NCBI GenBank assembly: GCA_030682495.1
Contig: JAUXOC010000100.1
Location: 45-64,044 of the forward strand
Length of the DNA stretch: 64,000 nucleotides
Direction of reading: 5' to 3'
Source of the DNA: Alphaproteobacteria bacterium
GTDB taxonomy: Bacteria; Pseudomonadota; Alphaproteobacteria; Micavibrionales; UBA2020
Shown here one piece after another: positions 23,035-31,731 of this stretch; the first letter of the stretch is position 1, and every line of letters starts with the position of its first letter. The notes below the pieces were generated by a model that had not been told where the DNA came from, did not search any database, and worked only from the letters and a program-made list of their open reading frames with translations. A program made the position numbers and the translations under genes.

Positions 23035-24435
23035 TCACAAGCCCCCGATGCCGCCAAAGGCATAAATGCGGTACGGCACGGTCACATAGATGCGGTCGCC
23101 TTCGGCCACGGGCGCGCCGCTGGCGCCTGTCAGCACGGCGCGGCGGCGCAGTTCCTTACCGCTCAAACCATCACGTATCGTAAAAACGCCGTCGGCACTG
23201 GTAGCTGCGACCAATGGCGGCTTGTCTGCACCGCGATCGATGAATATAGCCGCTGCCATAAATTCGGTGCCGACTTTGGCTTGCCAGCGCAGCGCCCCTG
23301 TTTTGCCATCGAGCGCAACGATGTCGCCATTTTTAAGCGTGAAGAGCGCAAGATCATGCGCGGGCAAATAATCACCGGGGTCAATCGCCATATGCGGAAG
23401 ATCTACCTGCCACAAAATCTTGCCGTCCGCAGGTGACAGCGCCAGCGCCCAGCCGCGGTCGGTGTCGCGCTTGACGCCGATCTGCCCGCGTCCTGTTGTG
23501 GTGATGATACGCGCGCCATCGGCACTCAGCACCGGCGCACCCCATGGCTGGCCTTGCAGCGGCACTTGCCATTTCACCGTGCCGGTTTCGGCATCGAGGG
23601 CATAGAACACGCTTTGCGGCACGTCTTCATCCGGCTGCGCGGCAGCATAAAGCGTCTTTCCCGCCAGCAGCGGCGTGGCATCGGTATGCCCGACAGGTGC
23701 ATGCCAGATCACGCCGCCATCCGCCGCCCGCACCGACCACAAGCCCCCGCCACCCGTCGGCAAAAACAACCGCGAAGCATCGGGACTCACCGCGGGCGGA
23801 GATTCGATATGGCCGAGAAACTGCCGCTGCCACAGCACTTTTGCCGAGAGCATGTCAAGCGCGCTCAACATCGCCGCGCGCGTATGGTGCAAGCCTTCGC
23901 CGACATAAACGATATTTTCTGCGCCCTTGCCGATGGTAAAGACCGGCTCTGCCTGCGGCAGGGTCCAGAGCCATTCTCCGGTGGCAATATCAAATCCTTC
24001 TGCCGTATTTTTATACGTGCCCACCACCAGAACGCCGTTTGAAATAACCGGCGTGGACAGCAGCGGGTTTTTAACCTGCACTGTAAAAATCCCGTCAAAT
24101 GTTTCCATGGGCGCGGCGGCGCGCGGGTTTGTTCTTGCGGCATAGTGTATGGCGCGCGCATATGTTTCAGGTGCGATTTCTTTTGTGCCGTCATGCCGCA
24201 CAATTTTATCCGGCGTGCGCAGATAGATGGCTGCTCCTGCGCCCGTAAAGCCGATCACCCCGATGACAAACCCCGCAATCATGACGGCGCGTCGGCGATG
24301 CCAGAGTGTCCCCGCCGCAGTCGCCAGCGCACCGACCCCTGCCAGCAGCAGCGGTACGATTTCAACCAGCGGCAGCAGCATCGGAAAAAAATGCAGCCGG
24401 TGGCGATAACGATCTGTCAGAGAAAAACGCCGCAC
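23035..24435 (-). CDS. membrane-anchored PQQ-like beta-propeller repeat protein
   Basis: Two N-terminal TM helices, then repeated G..(L/V/I)W blades (GEWLWTL, AKVLWQR, GGVIWHA, GTVKWQV, GKILWQV, GALRWQA). Confidence 0.75.
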   Translation of the reverse strand: MRRFSLTDRYRHRLHFFPMLLPLVEIVPLLLAGVGALATAAGTLWHRRRAVMIAGFVIGVIGFTGAGAAIYLRTPDKIVRHDGTKEIAPETYARAIHYAARTNPRAAAPMETFDGIFTVQVKNPLLSTPVISNGVLVVGTYKNTAEGFDIATGEWLWTLPQAEPVFTIGKGAENIVYVGEGLHHTRAAMLSALDMLSAKVLWQRQFLGHIESPPAVSPDASRLFLPTGGGGLWSVRAADGGVIWHAPVGHTDATPLLAGKTLYAAAQPDEDVPQSVFYALDAETGTVKWQVPLQGQPWGAPVLSADGARIITTTGRGQIGVKRDTDRGWALALSPADGKILWQVDLPHMAIDPGDYLPAHDLALFTLKNGDIVALDGKTGALRWQAKVGTEFMAAAIFIDRGADKPPLVAATSADGVFTIRDGLSGKELRRRAVLTGASGAPVAEGDRIYVTVPYRIYAFGGIGGL

Positions 24436-24544
24436 TTGCCTAATGTCCTTTTGTTACCCATTATACCTTTGCCTGAGCGTTTGACGATGCTGCGGCAGAT
24501 ATCCTTGGATCGTTCAAATTTAAAGCTAAATCGTGGATTTCAAA

Positions 24545-25318
24545 ATGAAAATCGCCAGCTGGAACGTAAATTCGATCAATATGCGCCTGCCCCATGTGCT
24601 GGACTGGCTGCAAAACCACAAGCCCGACGTGCTGCTGCTGCAGGAACTGAAATGCACCGAGGATAAATTTCCACTGGCCGAAATCGAGGCCGCCGGATAC
24701 AAGGCCGCCGTACATGGACAGAAATCATGGAACGGCGTTGCCATTTTATCGCCCCACGATATTGTTGACGTGCGGCGCGGTTTGCCCGGCGATGATAGCG
24801 ATGAGCAGGCACGGTATATCGAAGCCACCATCAGCGGTTTTCGTGTCGCGTCCATCTATCTGCCAAACGGCAATCCGATCGACAGCGAAAAATACCCCTA
24901 TAAACTGCGCTGGTTTGACCGCCTGATTGCGCATGCAGAGGGGCTTTTGGCGCAGAGCCTGCCCGTGGTGCTGGGCGGCGACTATAACATTATCCCCGAA
25001 GCGCGCGACTGCCACGATCCTGCCGTCTGGGCCGAAGACGCGCTGTTCCGCCTCGACAGCCGCCGGAAATTCCGCAGCCTTGTGTATCTCGGCTTTAGCG
25101 ATGCCTTTCGCGCCGTCAATGACGAGGATGAACAATATACATTCTGGGATTATCAGGCCGGTGCATGGCCGCGCAACCACGGTATCCGCATCGATCATTT
25201 GCTACTGTGCCCCCGCGCGGCCGACCGGCTGAAAGACTGCCGCATCGACCGCGACCCGCGCGCGGCAGAGAAGGCATCCGACCACACCCCGATTTTTGCC
25301 GAGCTTCGTCAAAAATAA
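24545..25318 (+). CDS. xth: exodeoxyribonuclease III
   Basis: MKIASWNVNSINMRL...LLLQELK...GGDYNI...RIDHLL...SDHTPI. Confidence 0.93.
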   Translation: MKIASWNVNSINMRLPHVLDWLQNHKPDVLLLQELKCTEDKFPLAEIEAAGYKAAVHGQKSWNGVAILSPHDIVDVRRGLPGDDSDEQARYIEATISGFRVASIYLPNGNPIDSEKYPYKLRWFDRLIAHAEGLLAQSLPVVLGGDYNIIPEARDCHDPAVWAEDALFRLDSRRKFRSLVYLGFSDAFRAVNDEDEQYTFWDYQAGAWPRNHGIRIDHLLLCPRAADRLKDCRIDRDPRAAEKASDHTPIFAELRQK

Positions 25319-25356
25319 GCCTTTGGAATCAATAACTATTATTTAATTTATGGAAA

Positions 25357-25385
25357 TTGACATCGGGCAAGTGATCCGGTATCAT
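25357..25385 (+). promoter_or_regulatory. near-consensus sigma-70 promoter
   Basis: TTGACA (25357-62), 17-nt spacer, TATCAT (25380-85). The track ATG at 25384 lies inside the -10 box, which supports the downstream start 25417. Confidence 0.6.
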
Positions 25386-25416
25386 GATACGCATTCACAG
25401 ACCTGCAGGAAAAACG

Positions 25417-26703
25417 ATGAGCGAGCCGAAAACCGACAAGCCGGAAAAGAAGAAATTCACCGAACGCCTGCGCGATCTTTTTCGCCGCAAGGCCAAGCCC
25501 GCCCCTGTGCCGCCCGAGGTTTATAACGACAAGCGCGTGAAGAAAGCTGTGTTCAAGGCGAACCGCCGCCGCTTTTATAAACGCATTCTGCTGACCAGCG
25601 TCGCTGCCGCCGCTATTTCCACCGGTACGCATTATGCGCCCGACAGTGTCAGCACGCCGTTCAATACCTATATGACCGAAAAAGGCCATGCCGAAAATTT
25701 CCACGACCACTTCCACGCCAAGAACATTCGCGTTTATGACCGCTGGAATCCGCTTTATCCTTTCCACCTCGCCGGCCAAGGGGTCAAGATAACGTGGAGT
25801 GAAATCGATCAGGACAAAGAAAGCGGTAACGCAGCTAAAGCTTTTGGCAAGGCTGTCACAACACCGATTGTTTATTACAGCATGCTTTTCAAAGGCGTGG
25901 GCGACCTGATTTTGCCGCATCCGATTGATGCCTATGCCCTCTCCGGCAATGCGCCGCATGACCAGCGCGAGGTCTTTATCCGCCCGCCCAAAGCCATCAA
26001 TCTTGATGATTTCATCAGCGATTTCGGCCGCGTCAACACGGCAGAAATGACCTTTAAAAATGATACGGCAGAGCTGGAGCGTGTGATTTTTGAATACATC
26101 ATGCTGCACGAAGCACGCCACGGAGATCAGAACAAAGGTGTTGCGGTATCGTTGAACGAGGCAGATGCCGACCGCTATGCCTTTGACGTTCTAGCCGCGC
26201 GCGGTAACAAAACCGAGTTGTTGTCCGAAGCCCGCGCGATTATCACCCATAGCCGCACAATGTCGAGCGTACTGGGCGGCGGCACATCGCACACGACCAG
26301 CGTTGCTTTGCTACGCCCCTATGCAACGCCCTATAACGCTTATCGCGACGAAGCTGCCCTGAGCCGCCTGCACAAAGTTCTCAGCGATGCCGATATCATG
26401 AACAAAGACGCCTTCCCCGAAGATATGTCGCGTGGCAACCGGTTTGTCTATATGGCTGCGGCGCTCAAAAAACAAGGACTCGCGGCGCGTGACCCCGACA
26501 TGCAGATGGCGACGGATATGTTCCTGAATGCAGCCGGATTTTTCAACGAGGCTTCGGGCGGCGCAATCATCGACCGCAGCTTTAATATCGACAAGATCAA
26601 TATGGGTTATTTGCAGCAGCAATATAAACCGGTCGAAGACAAGCTCGCGCCGAAAGCCGAACAGCAGCGTCCCGCACCGCGCCCGCCGCGTCCGACCAGC
26701 TAA
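25417..26703 (+). CDS. membrane-anchored putative zinc metallopeptidase (HEXXH)
   Basis: AGGA 6 nt before ATG 25417. Basic N-terminus, one TM (ILLTSVAAAAISTG), then IMLHEARHGDQ...NEADADRYAFDVL, i.e. HEXXH with a downstream E-x-x-A-D-like element. Pro-rich basic C-terminus. Confidence 0.5.
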   Translation: MSEPKTDKPEKKKFTERLRDLFRRKAKPAPVPPEVYNDKRVKKAVFKANRRRFYKRILLTSVAAAAISTGTHYAPDSVSTPFNTYMTEKGHAENFHDHFHAKNIRVYDRWNPLYPFHLAGQGVKITWSEIDQDKESGNAAKAFGKAVTTPIVYYSMLFKGVGDLILPHPIDAYALSGNAPHDQREVFIRPPKAINLDDFISDFGRVNTAEMTFKNDTAELERVIFEYIMLHEARHGDQNKGVAVSLNEADADRYAFDVLAARGNKTELLSEARAIITHSRTMSSVLGGGTSHTTSVALLRPYATPYNAYRDEAALSRLHKVLSDADIMNKDAFPEDMSRGNRFVYMAAALKKQGLAARDPDMQMATDMFLNAAGFFNEASGGAIIDRSFNIDKINMGYLQQQYKPVEDKLAPKAEQQRPAPRPPRPTS

Positions 26704-26706
26704 GAA

Positions 26707-27666
26707 TTACAAATCCATTTCCCAATGCTGTCCGGTCAGGTCTTTACCGAAACGATGGTGATTGATTTCGCGCATGATGCGCAGCCCTTCGTCTTCGAAC
26801 AGATCGCGGGCGTGGTCGTGGATACTTTCTGTCCACATCGTCAATTTTTTATATCCGGCATGGCGCGCAAAGCGGACGGCCTCTGCCAGCATGCTTTTGC
26901 CGATGCCGAGATTGCGCGCTTCGGATGTGACAAACGGGAGACGCAGTTCCGCCACATCTTCTTTCACATGCACAAGGCAAAGCGAGCCGACCATTTTGCC
27001 ATTGTGTTCGGCCAGCCAGCAGCGTTCGCGCGCAGGGTTAAAATTGCGGATAAACTCCGCGGTTTTTTCGGCGACCAGCGCCTCGAATTCCTCGTTCCAG
27101 CCGTAATCTTCGGCGAACTGTATGGCATGCGTATGAATAATCAGCCCCATATCGCCCGGCCGGTGCGGACGCAGCGTCCATTTGTCGCCTTCCAGAACGG
27201 CGGCGTTGATATTGGCGTTGATGATCTCGTCAATCGTGTTCATCGCGTCGATCAGGCGTTGCTGGTCTTGCGGCGATACAGGCGCAAGCATATCCAGCAC
27301 CTTGCGTTTGGCTTCGGCCAGAATGCTGTCGCCCACGCTGCGGCCTTTGCGCGTGAGATGGATGGTACGCTGGCGCCCGTCACGTTTGGAGCGCTCTTTG
27401 GTAATCAGCCCTTCCCGCTCGAAGCCTTGCAGGATGCGGCTGATATAGCCGCCGTCCATGCGCAGCTCGCGGCACAGGATGCTGGCCGTCACCGATTTGC
27501 GAAAGCTCAGCTCGTTTAAAACGCGCACTTCGGCCAGCGAATAGGAACTGCCGAAAATCTTTTCTGCCAGCACGCCGATGCGGTGCATATACATACGGTT
27601 AAAGCTGCGGACACGTTCAATCCGCTGCTCTATTTCAGGGCCAAGATCGGGCAAAGGGTTTGCCAC
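26707..27666 (-). CDS. MarR-family HTH / GNAT acetyltransferase fusion protein
   Basis: N-terminal winged helix (LAEVRVLNEL...GLITKERSKRDGRQRTIHLT) and C-terminal GNAT (GIGKSMLAEAVRFARHAGYKKL). Confidence 0.8.
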   Translation of the reverse strand: MANPLPDLGPEIEQRIERVRSFNRMYMHRIGVLAEKIFGSSYSLAEVRVLNELSFRKSVTASILCRELRMDGGYISRILQGFEREGLITKERSKRDGRQRTIHLTRKGRSVGDSILAEAKRKVLDMLAPVSPQDQQRLIDAMNTIDEIINANINAAVLEGDKWTLRPHRPGDMGLIIHTHAIQFAEDYGWNEEFEALVAEKTAEFIRNFNPARERCWLAEHNGKMVGSLCLVHVKEDVAELRLPFVTSEARNLGIGKSMLAEAVRFARHAGYKKLTMWTESIHDHARDLFEDEGLRIMREINHHRFGKDLTGQHWEMDL

Positions 27667-27804
27667 GCGCCGTTCACTTTCAAATAATCAAGGTGAAAAT
27701 CATTTATTACGATTATGTCCAAGGTTCGTGTGGATAAGTATATCCAGCCCCTTGCGGCTCTGCCAAGGGGTTAGGGATGCATTCCTACAATTTTATCATA
27801 TTTT

Positions 27805-28794
27805 ATGAAAAATATAAACGCCGCGCCCGGGCATGCGCGCCGCTTTTTGATGCTGCGGCGCACCATAACCTTCGGATTGCCACACATCCTGATACGGCTT
27901 ATCGTTGTTTATGCTGCCCTTTGCCGCCGAGGCTCCCCCCAAATGTCACTGCCCGAGAATATCGCCCGTATCCAGTGGAATAACCGCCTGAAATCGGGCG
28001 CGCTTTGCCTGCTCTTTATCGTCGCCATGGCCGTTTTCGCGCTCACGCTTTTCCTGATGATCGCCGCCCCCGCAAGCTTTGTGCCGGAGAGCGGCCTGTC
28101 GATCCCACAGATGTTGGCCGAACCGAAAATGCAGCTCAGAATTTTGCGCTTCTTTACAAAGGTCTTTTTCTTCGCCGCGGCCGCGACGCTTTATTTCATC
28201 TACCGCGACATCAACAACATCGACCGCCTTTTCAGCGCCCAGCCGCTGCAACTGCGCAGCAGCGACAGTTTCTACCGCGCACTCGAAAACATGTGCATTG
28301 CGCGCGGGCTGAAAACGCCGGCGCTTTACATCTTTTCCCCCGTCATTTTTCCGCCGCCGCATGTCAGCGCTGCCGTGGTGCAGGGCGTGGGCGGCAAATC
28401 CGCGCTGATCTTGACGCAAGGCGCGCTCAATCTGGAACCGCCGTTGCAGCAGGCGCTTGCTGCACAAGTCGTACAGCGTCTTTATACCAAGGATACCTAT
28501 TTCCTGACCCTGCTCTGCTTTCTCGGGCACTTTCCGTTTCATGTCTCCCGTGCGACCAACGTTATTGGCCGCATCGTGTTCTGGCTGCCGCTGAAGGCCG
28601 CAGATTTCGTGCTGAGGCCTTTTAGGCCGCTCATTCTGAATTTGCGCCTGCAACGACTTGACGCCGGTGCACTTGATCTCACCAAAGACGCCGCGCCGCT
28701 GGCTGCGCTGGCGGAACGGCTGGCGCCGCTGCCGGTGGTCGAGCATTATATATATACGCCTTATCTCTCGCTGTTTATCACAAAGCCTGCGTAA
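27805..28794 (+). CDS. M48/HtpX-like membrane protein with all catalytic positions substituted (putative pseudopeptidase)
   Basis: TM helices plus an HtpX-like layout: ARGLKTPALYIF..., then LAAQVVQRL where HEXXH is expected, and RLQRLDAGALDL where E-x-x-A-D is expected. Start uncertain (27805 or 27943). Confidence 0.45.
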   Translation: MKNINAAPGHARRFLMLRRTITFGLPHILIRLIVVYAALCRRGSPQMSLPENIARIQWNNRLKSGALCLLFIVAMAVFALTLFLMIAAPASFVPESGLSIPQMLAEPKMQLRILRFFTKVFFFAAAATLYFIYRDINNIDRLFSAQPLQLRSSDSFYRALENMCIARGLKTPALYIFSPVIFPPPHVSAAVVQGVGGKSALILTQGALNLEPPLQQALAAQVVQRLYTKDTYFLTLLCFLGHFPFHVSRATNVIGRIVFWLPLKAADFVLRPFRPLILNLRLQRLDAGALDLTKDAAPLAALAERLAPLPVVEHYIYTPYLSLFITKPA

Positions 28795-28878
28795 TCCGCG
28801 CACAAGAAAAATCTGGTGCGGCGCAGCATAATGCGCTATTCATTCTCCGACAGGGATAAAAGGGAGAAGAATCGCGGC

Positions 28879-29847
28879 ATGGATATTCACAGCCTTTACG
28901 CCTTTATCGGCTTCATGCTTGCTGCCTATGCCGTTATCGGTAATGACTCCGTTCAGACCCTCGGCACGTTTATCGCCTCTAACGCCCGCATTGTTAAATG
29001 GTACTGGCTCTGGCTCGCGGCCTCTTCGGTGCTGGTGCTGACCTTGGTTTACGGCTGGGTCGCCTATGATGGCGATATTTCGTTTGGTCGCCTCAACCGC
29101 ATCCCCGAAATCACGATCCAGTGGTACCACGCCGCCGCCCCGCTTGGCTTGCTGCTGCTGACGCGCGTGGGCATTCCGGTTTCGACCACGTTTCTGGTGC
29201 TGTCGACCTTCGCGACCGGTGTCCTGCTGCAAGACATGCTGCTGAAAAGCTTTATCGGCTACGGTGTTGCGGCCATCAGCGCCTATGTGATCTGGATCGT
29301 GCTGTCGCGTTATATCAACGAAAAATTCAATACAGTGAAGCGGGAACACCGCACGCACTGGCGCGCGGCACAATGGCTGGCGACGGGGTTTCTCTGGTTC
29401 ACATGGCTGACGCATGACATGGCGAATATCGCCGTCTTTCTGCCGCGCCAGATGCCGCTCTGGATGCTCTGTGGCGCGATCATCGTTCTGTGCGGCTGGC
29501 TGGCACATATTTTTCGCACGCAAGGCGGCAAGATACAGAAAATCATTCTTGAAAAAACCGGCTCCCGCTTTATCCGCTCGGCCACGATCATCGATATCGT
29601 CTATGCACTCATCCTGCTGGTCTTCAAAGAGATGAACGACGTGCCGATGTCGACAACATGGGTTTTTGTCGGTGTGCTGTGCGGGCGCGAACTGGCCATT
29701 GCCACGGCCAACCCGAAGTATAAGCTAGGCTATGTCTTCCCCCTCGTCGGCAAGGATTTCCTCAAAATGATGGTCGGGCTGGCGGTTTCAGTGGCGATTG
29801 TTCTGGCCATTCATTACGGGACAGACAATTTGGCCAGTGCACCGTGA
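28879..29847 (+). CDS. polytopic membrane protein, PiT (PHO4)-like permease
   Basis: VIGNDSVQTLGTF and GIPVSTTFLV resemble the two PiT signatures (GANDVAN..GT / G.PVSTTH). About 9 TM segments. Start at ATG 28879. Confidence 0.5.
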   Translation: MDIHSLYAFIGFMLAAYAVIGNDSVQTLGTFIASNARIVKWYWLWLAASSVLVLTLVYGWVAYDGDISFGRLNRIPEITIQWYHAAAPLGLLLLTRVGIPVSTTFLVLSTFATGVLLQDMLLKSFIGYGVAAISAYVIWIVLSRYINEKFNTVKREHRTHWRAAQWLATGFLWFTWLTHDMANIAVFLPRQMPLWMLCGAIIVLCGWLAHIFRTQGGKIQKIILEKTGSRFIRSATIIDIVYALILLVFKEMNDVPMSTTWVFVGVLCGRELAIATANPKYKLGYVFPLVGKDFLKMMVGLAVSVAIVLAIHYGTDNLASAP

Positions 29848-29898
29848 AAACGGGCAAATATTAATCAAAAATTAACGCGCTTACGGTAAATTGGCAAC

Positions 29899-31251
29899 AT
29901 GGCTGACCAACCGAAAGACAGTTTCAACAATTCAGCCCGCCGCAAACTGATGGCGGCGGCGGCGATGGCGTTGGGGATTGCCGGCGTCTCTCAGGACGAT
30001 GTCCGCACCCAATTCGAAGTCTCCCTTTTCGCACCCAACGCAGGCCCGTTCGTCAACGGCGGTCCGGATGCACAAAAGAATACGGCTCTGACCGAACCGG
30101 TGCAGCGCCCTCTTGCGGTGGAAGAAATATGGAGCGACCACGGGCTCAGCGGCCAAAAATTTACCGATGCTTTCGCCGCCCTCTCGGCAGAGCAGAAAGA
30201 CCGGATTGCGCTGCGCAGTCGCGATCTTTTTGCGCAGGCCGGCTTTACCGATGTCATGCTGCACATGGCGGAGGGCAAGCAGAAAAAGCTGAGCGAGATT
30301 CTCGAAAAAATAGCCGACATGCCGCCCGGTATGCGCCTGATGACCACGGATTATATCAGCATCACGTCCGAGCAGAACAAAATCGTCTGGCAGGAATTTC
30401 AGGAACGGGCAGAGCCCGCTTTCTACCGACACCTCGCCGCAACGCAAGAGGCCGCGCTGCGCGAATCCGGTTTTTGCGATTACGCCATCGATTGCATGCG
30501 CCGCGGCCACGGCCCGACAAACAAGGACGGCATCCATTACAACGTCGACATCGACCATCTGACGGAGCGCAAAGGCGGCGGGCCGATGTGCATGGAGAAA
30601 TCTGTCGACCCGGCTCTGGGTGGTGCGCCGATGTATCGGATCAACCATCTTTCAAATTTATGCCTGATTATGCGCGATGTGCATACGCAGACCAAGAACG
30701 CGATTAACGGCCTTCAGAGCATCAACGCCATCCCTGCCGGTGAAACCCGCCGCATCGTTATGGCCGTGCCCGAAGAAGGCAAAGAGCTGATGATGATACA
30801 CGCGCAGGATCTCCGCGCCGGCATACAACCGCCCAAGGAAACTTCCTACTTCGCGCTCGGGCCGTCGTTGCTGATCCGCAACGACTTGCAGGAGATGGAA
30901 GAAACCGTCACCGTCAGCACGGCACAGGAGAGAGAAAAGTTCTTCAACGACATGATACGCCCCAATCTGACCCATACGTTAAAACTCTGGGATGCCTTTG
31001 CGGCTTCACTCGAACGGGCGCAAGCGGCAGGTACATTGAAGGGGCGTGATATCTCCGACATGCTGGTTAACTGCAACGATTTCCTCAAACCGCTTGAGGC
31101 GGCGATGACCAGAACCCGCATGCCGCAAGAAGCGCTTGAAAATCTCGGAAATATCAGCAAACGTATTTATAGCTATCTGGAGAATGGCGACAGCGGAAAG
31201 CCGCAGATGCCCAAAAATCCGGAGGGGAAAAAGCCTCATGTCAACGCCTGA
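29899..31251 (+). CDS. Tat-signal protein with a central HNH (beta-beta-alpha-Me)-like motif
   Basis: N-terminus NSARRKLMAAAAMALGIAGVS is a twin-arginine-like signal. Residues ~210-265 read VDIDHLTERKGGG...INHLSNLCLIMRDVHTQTK (DH...GG...NL.L....H..K). Confidence 0.55.
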   Translation: MADQPKDSFNNSARRKLMAAAAMALGIAGVSQDDVRTQFEVSLFAPNAGPFVNGGPDAQKNTALTEPVQRPLAVEEIWSDHGLSGQKFTDAFAALSAEQKDRIALRSRDLFAQAGFTDVMLHMAEGKQKKLSEILEKIADMPPGMRLMTTDYISITSEQNKIVWQEFQERAEPAFYRHLAATQEAALRESGFCDYAIDCMRRGHGPTNKDGIHYNVDIDHLTERKGGGPMCMEKSVDPALGGAPMYRINHLSNLCLIMRDVHTQTKNAINGLQSINAIPAGETRRIVMAVPEEGKELMMIHAQDLRAGIQPPKETSYFALGPSLLIRNDLQEMEETVTVSTAQEREKFFNDMIRPNLTHTLKLWDAFAASLERAQAAGTLKGRDISDMLVNCNDFLKPLEAAMTRTRMPQEALENLGNISKRIYSYLENGDSGKPQMPKNPEGKKPHVNA

Positions 31252-31717
31252 CAAAATCACGCACGCGCTGAATACCCTGCGACAGGCGAGTGCCAAGTCT
31301 TATCTGCGTGATGGCGCGGGCGACATCACGATCAAAGTCATCGGCAGCAAACTCGGCAAAGCGGATTACCCGCAACTGCCCGAAGATTACGAAGAACTTC
31401 TGCGCCAGGCCTGCGGCATCATGGGTCCGTATTTCACCTTGCTCAGTCCCGGCGGCATGGAAATGGCTGCCGGCGGTCTGCAGCCCGGAATTGTCGAGGA
31501 ATCCGACGCTTTCAATCGCTGGAACGAAGATGACGAGGCGAAAGTGCTGGTCGTCGGCAAGATGTCGGGCGGCGTTGTCATTCTCCACAAGGACGGACAG
31601 TATCATGTCACCGACGAAAGCTCGCGCGATGTGTTCCGCAGCTATGACGACATCGCGGATTTCATTATCGACACCGTGACGCGCAAAGACACAGCGGCGC
31701 GCGCAGCACAAATCTAG
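31238..31717 (+). CDS. SUKH/SMI1-KNR4-like protein (putative immunity protein)
   Basis: ATG 31238 with GGAGGGG 10 nt upstream; overlaps the upstream stop by 14 nt. QLPEDYEELLRQACG...GPYF pattern. Paralogous to 33959..34477. Confidence 0.5.
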   Translation: MSTPDKITHALNTLRQASAKSYLRDGAGDITIKVIGSKLGKADYPQLPEDYEELLRQACGIMGPYFTLLSPGGMEMAAGGLQPGIVEESDAFNRWNEDDEAKVLVVGKMSGGVVILHKDGQYHVTDESSRDVFRSYDDIADFIIDTVTRKDTAARAAQI

Positions 31718-31731
31718 CCTCTCGCCGCCAC

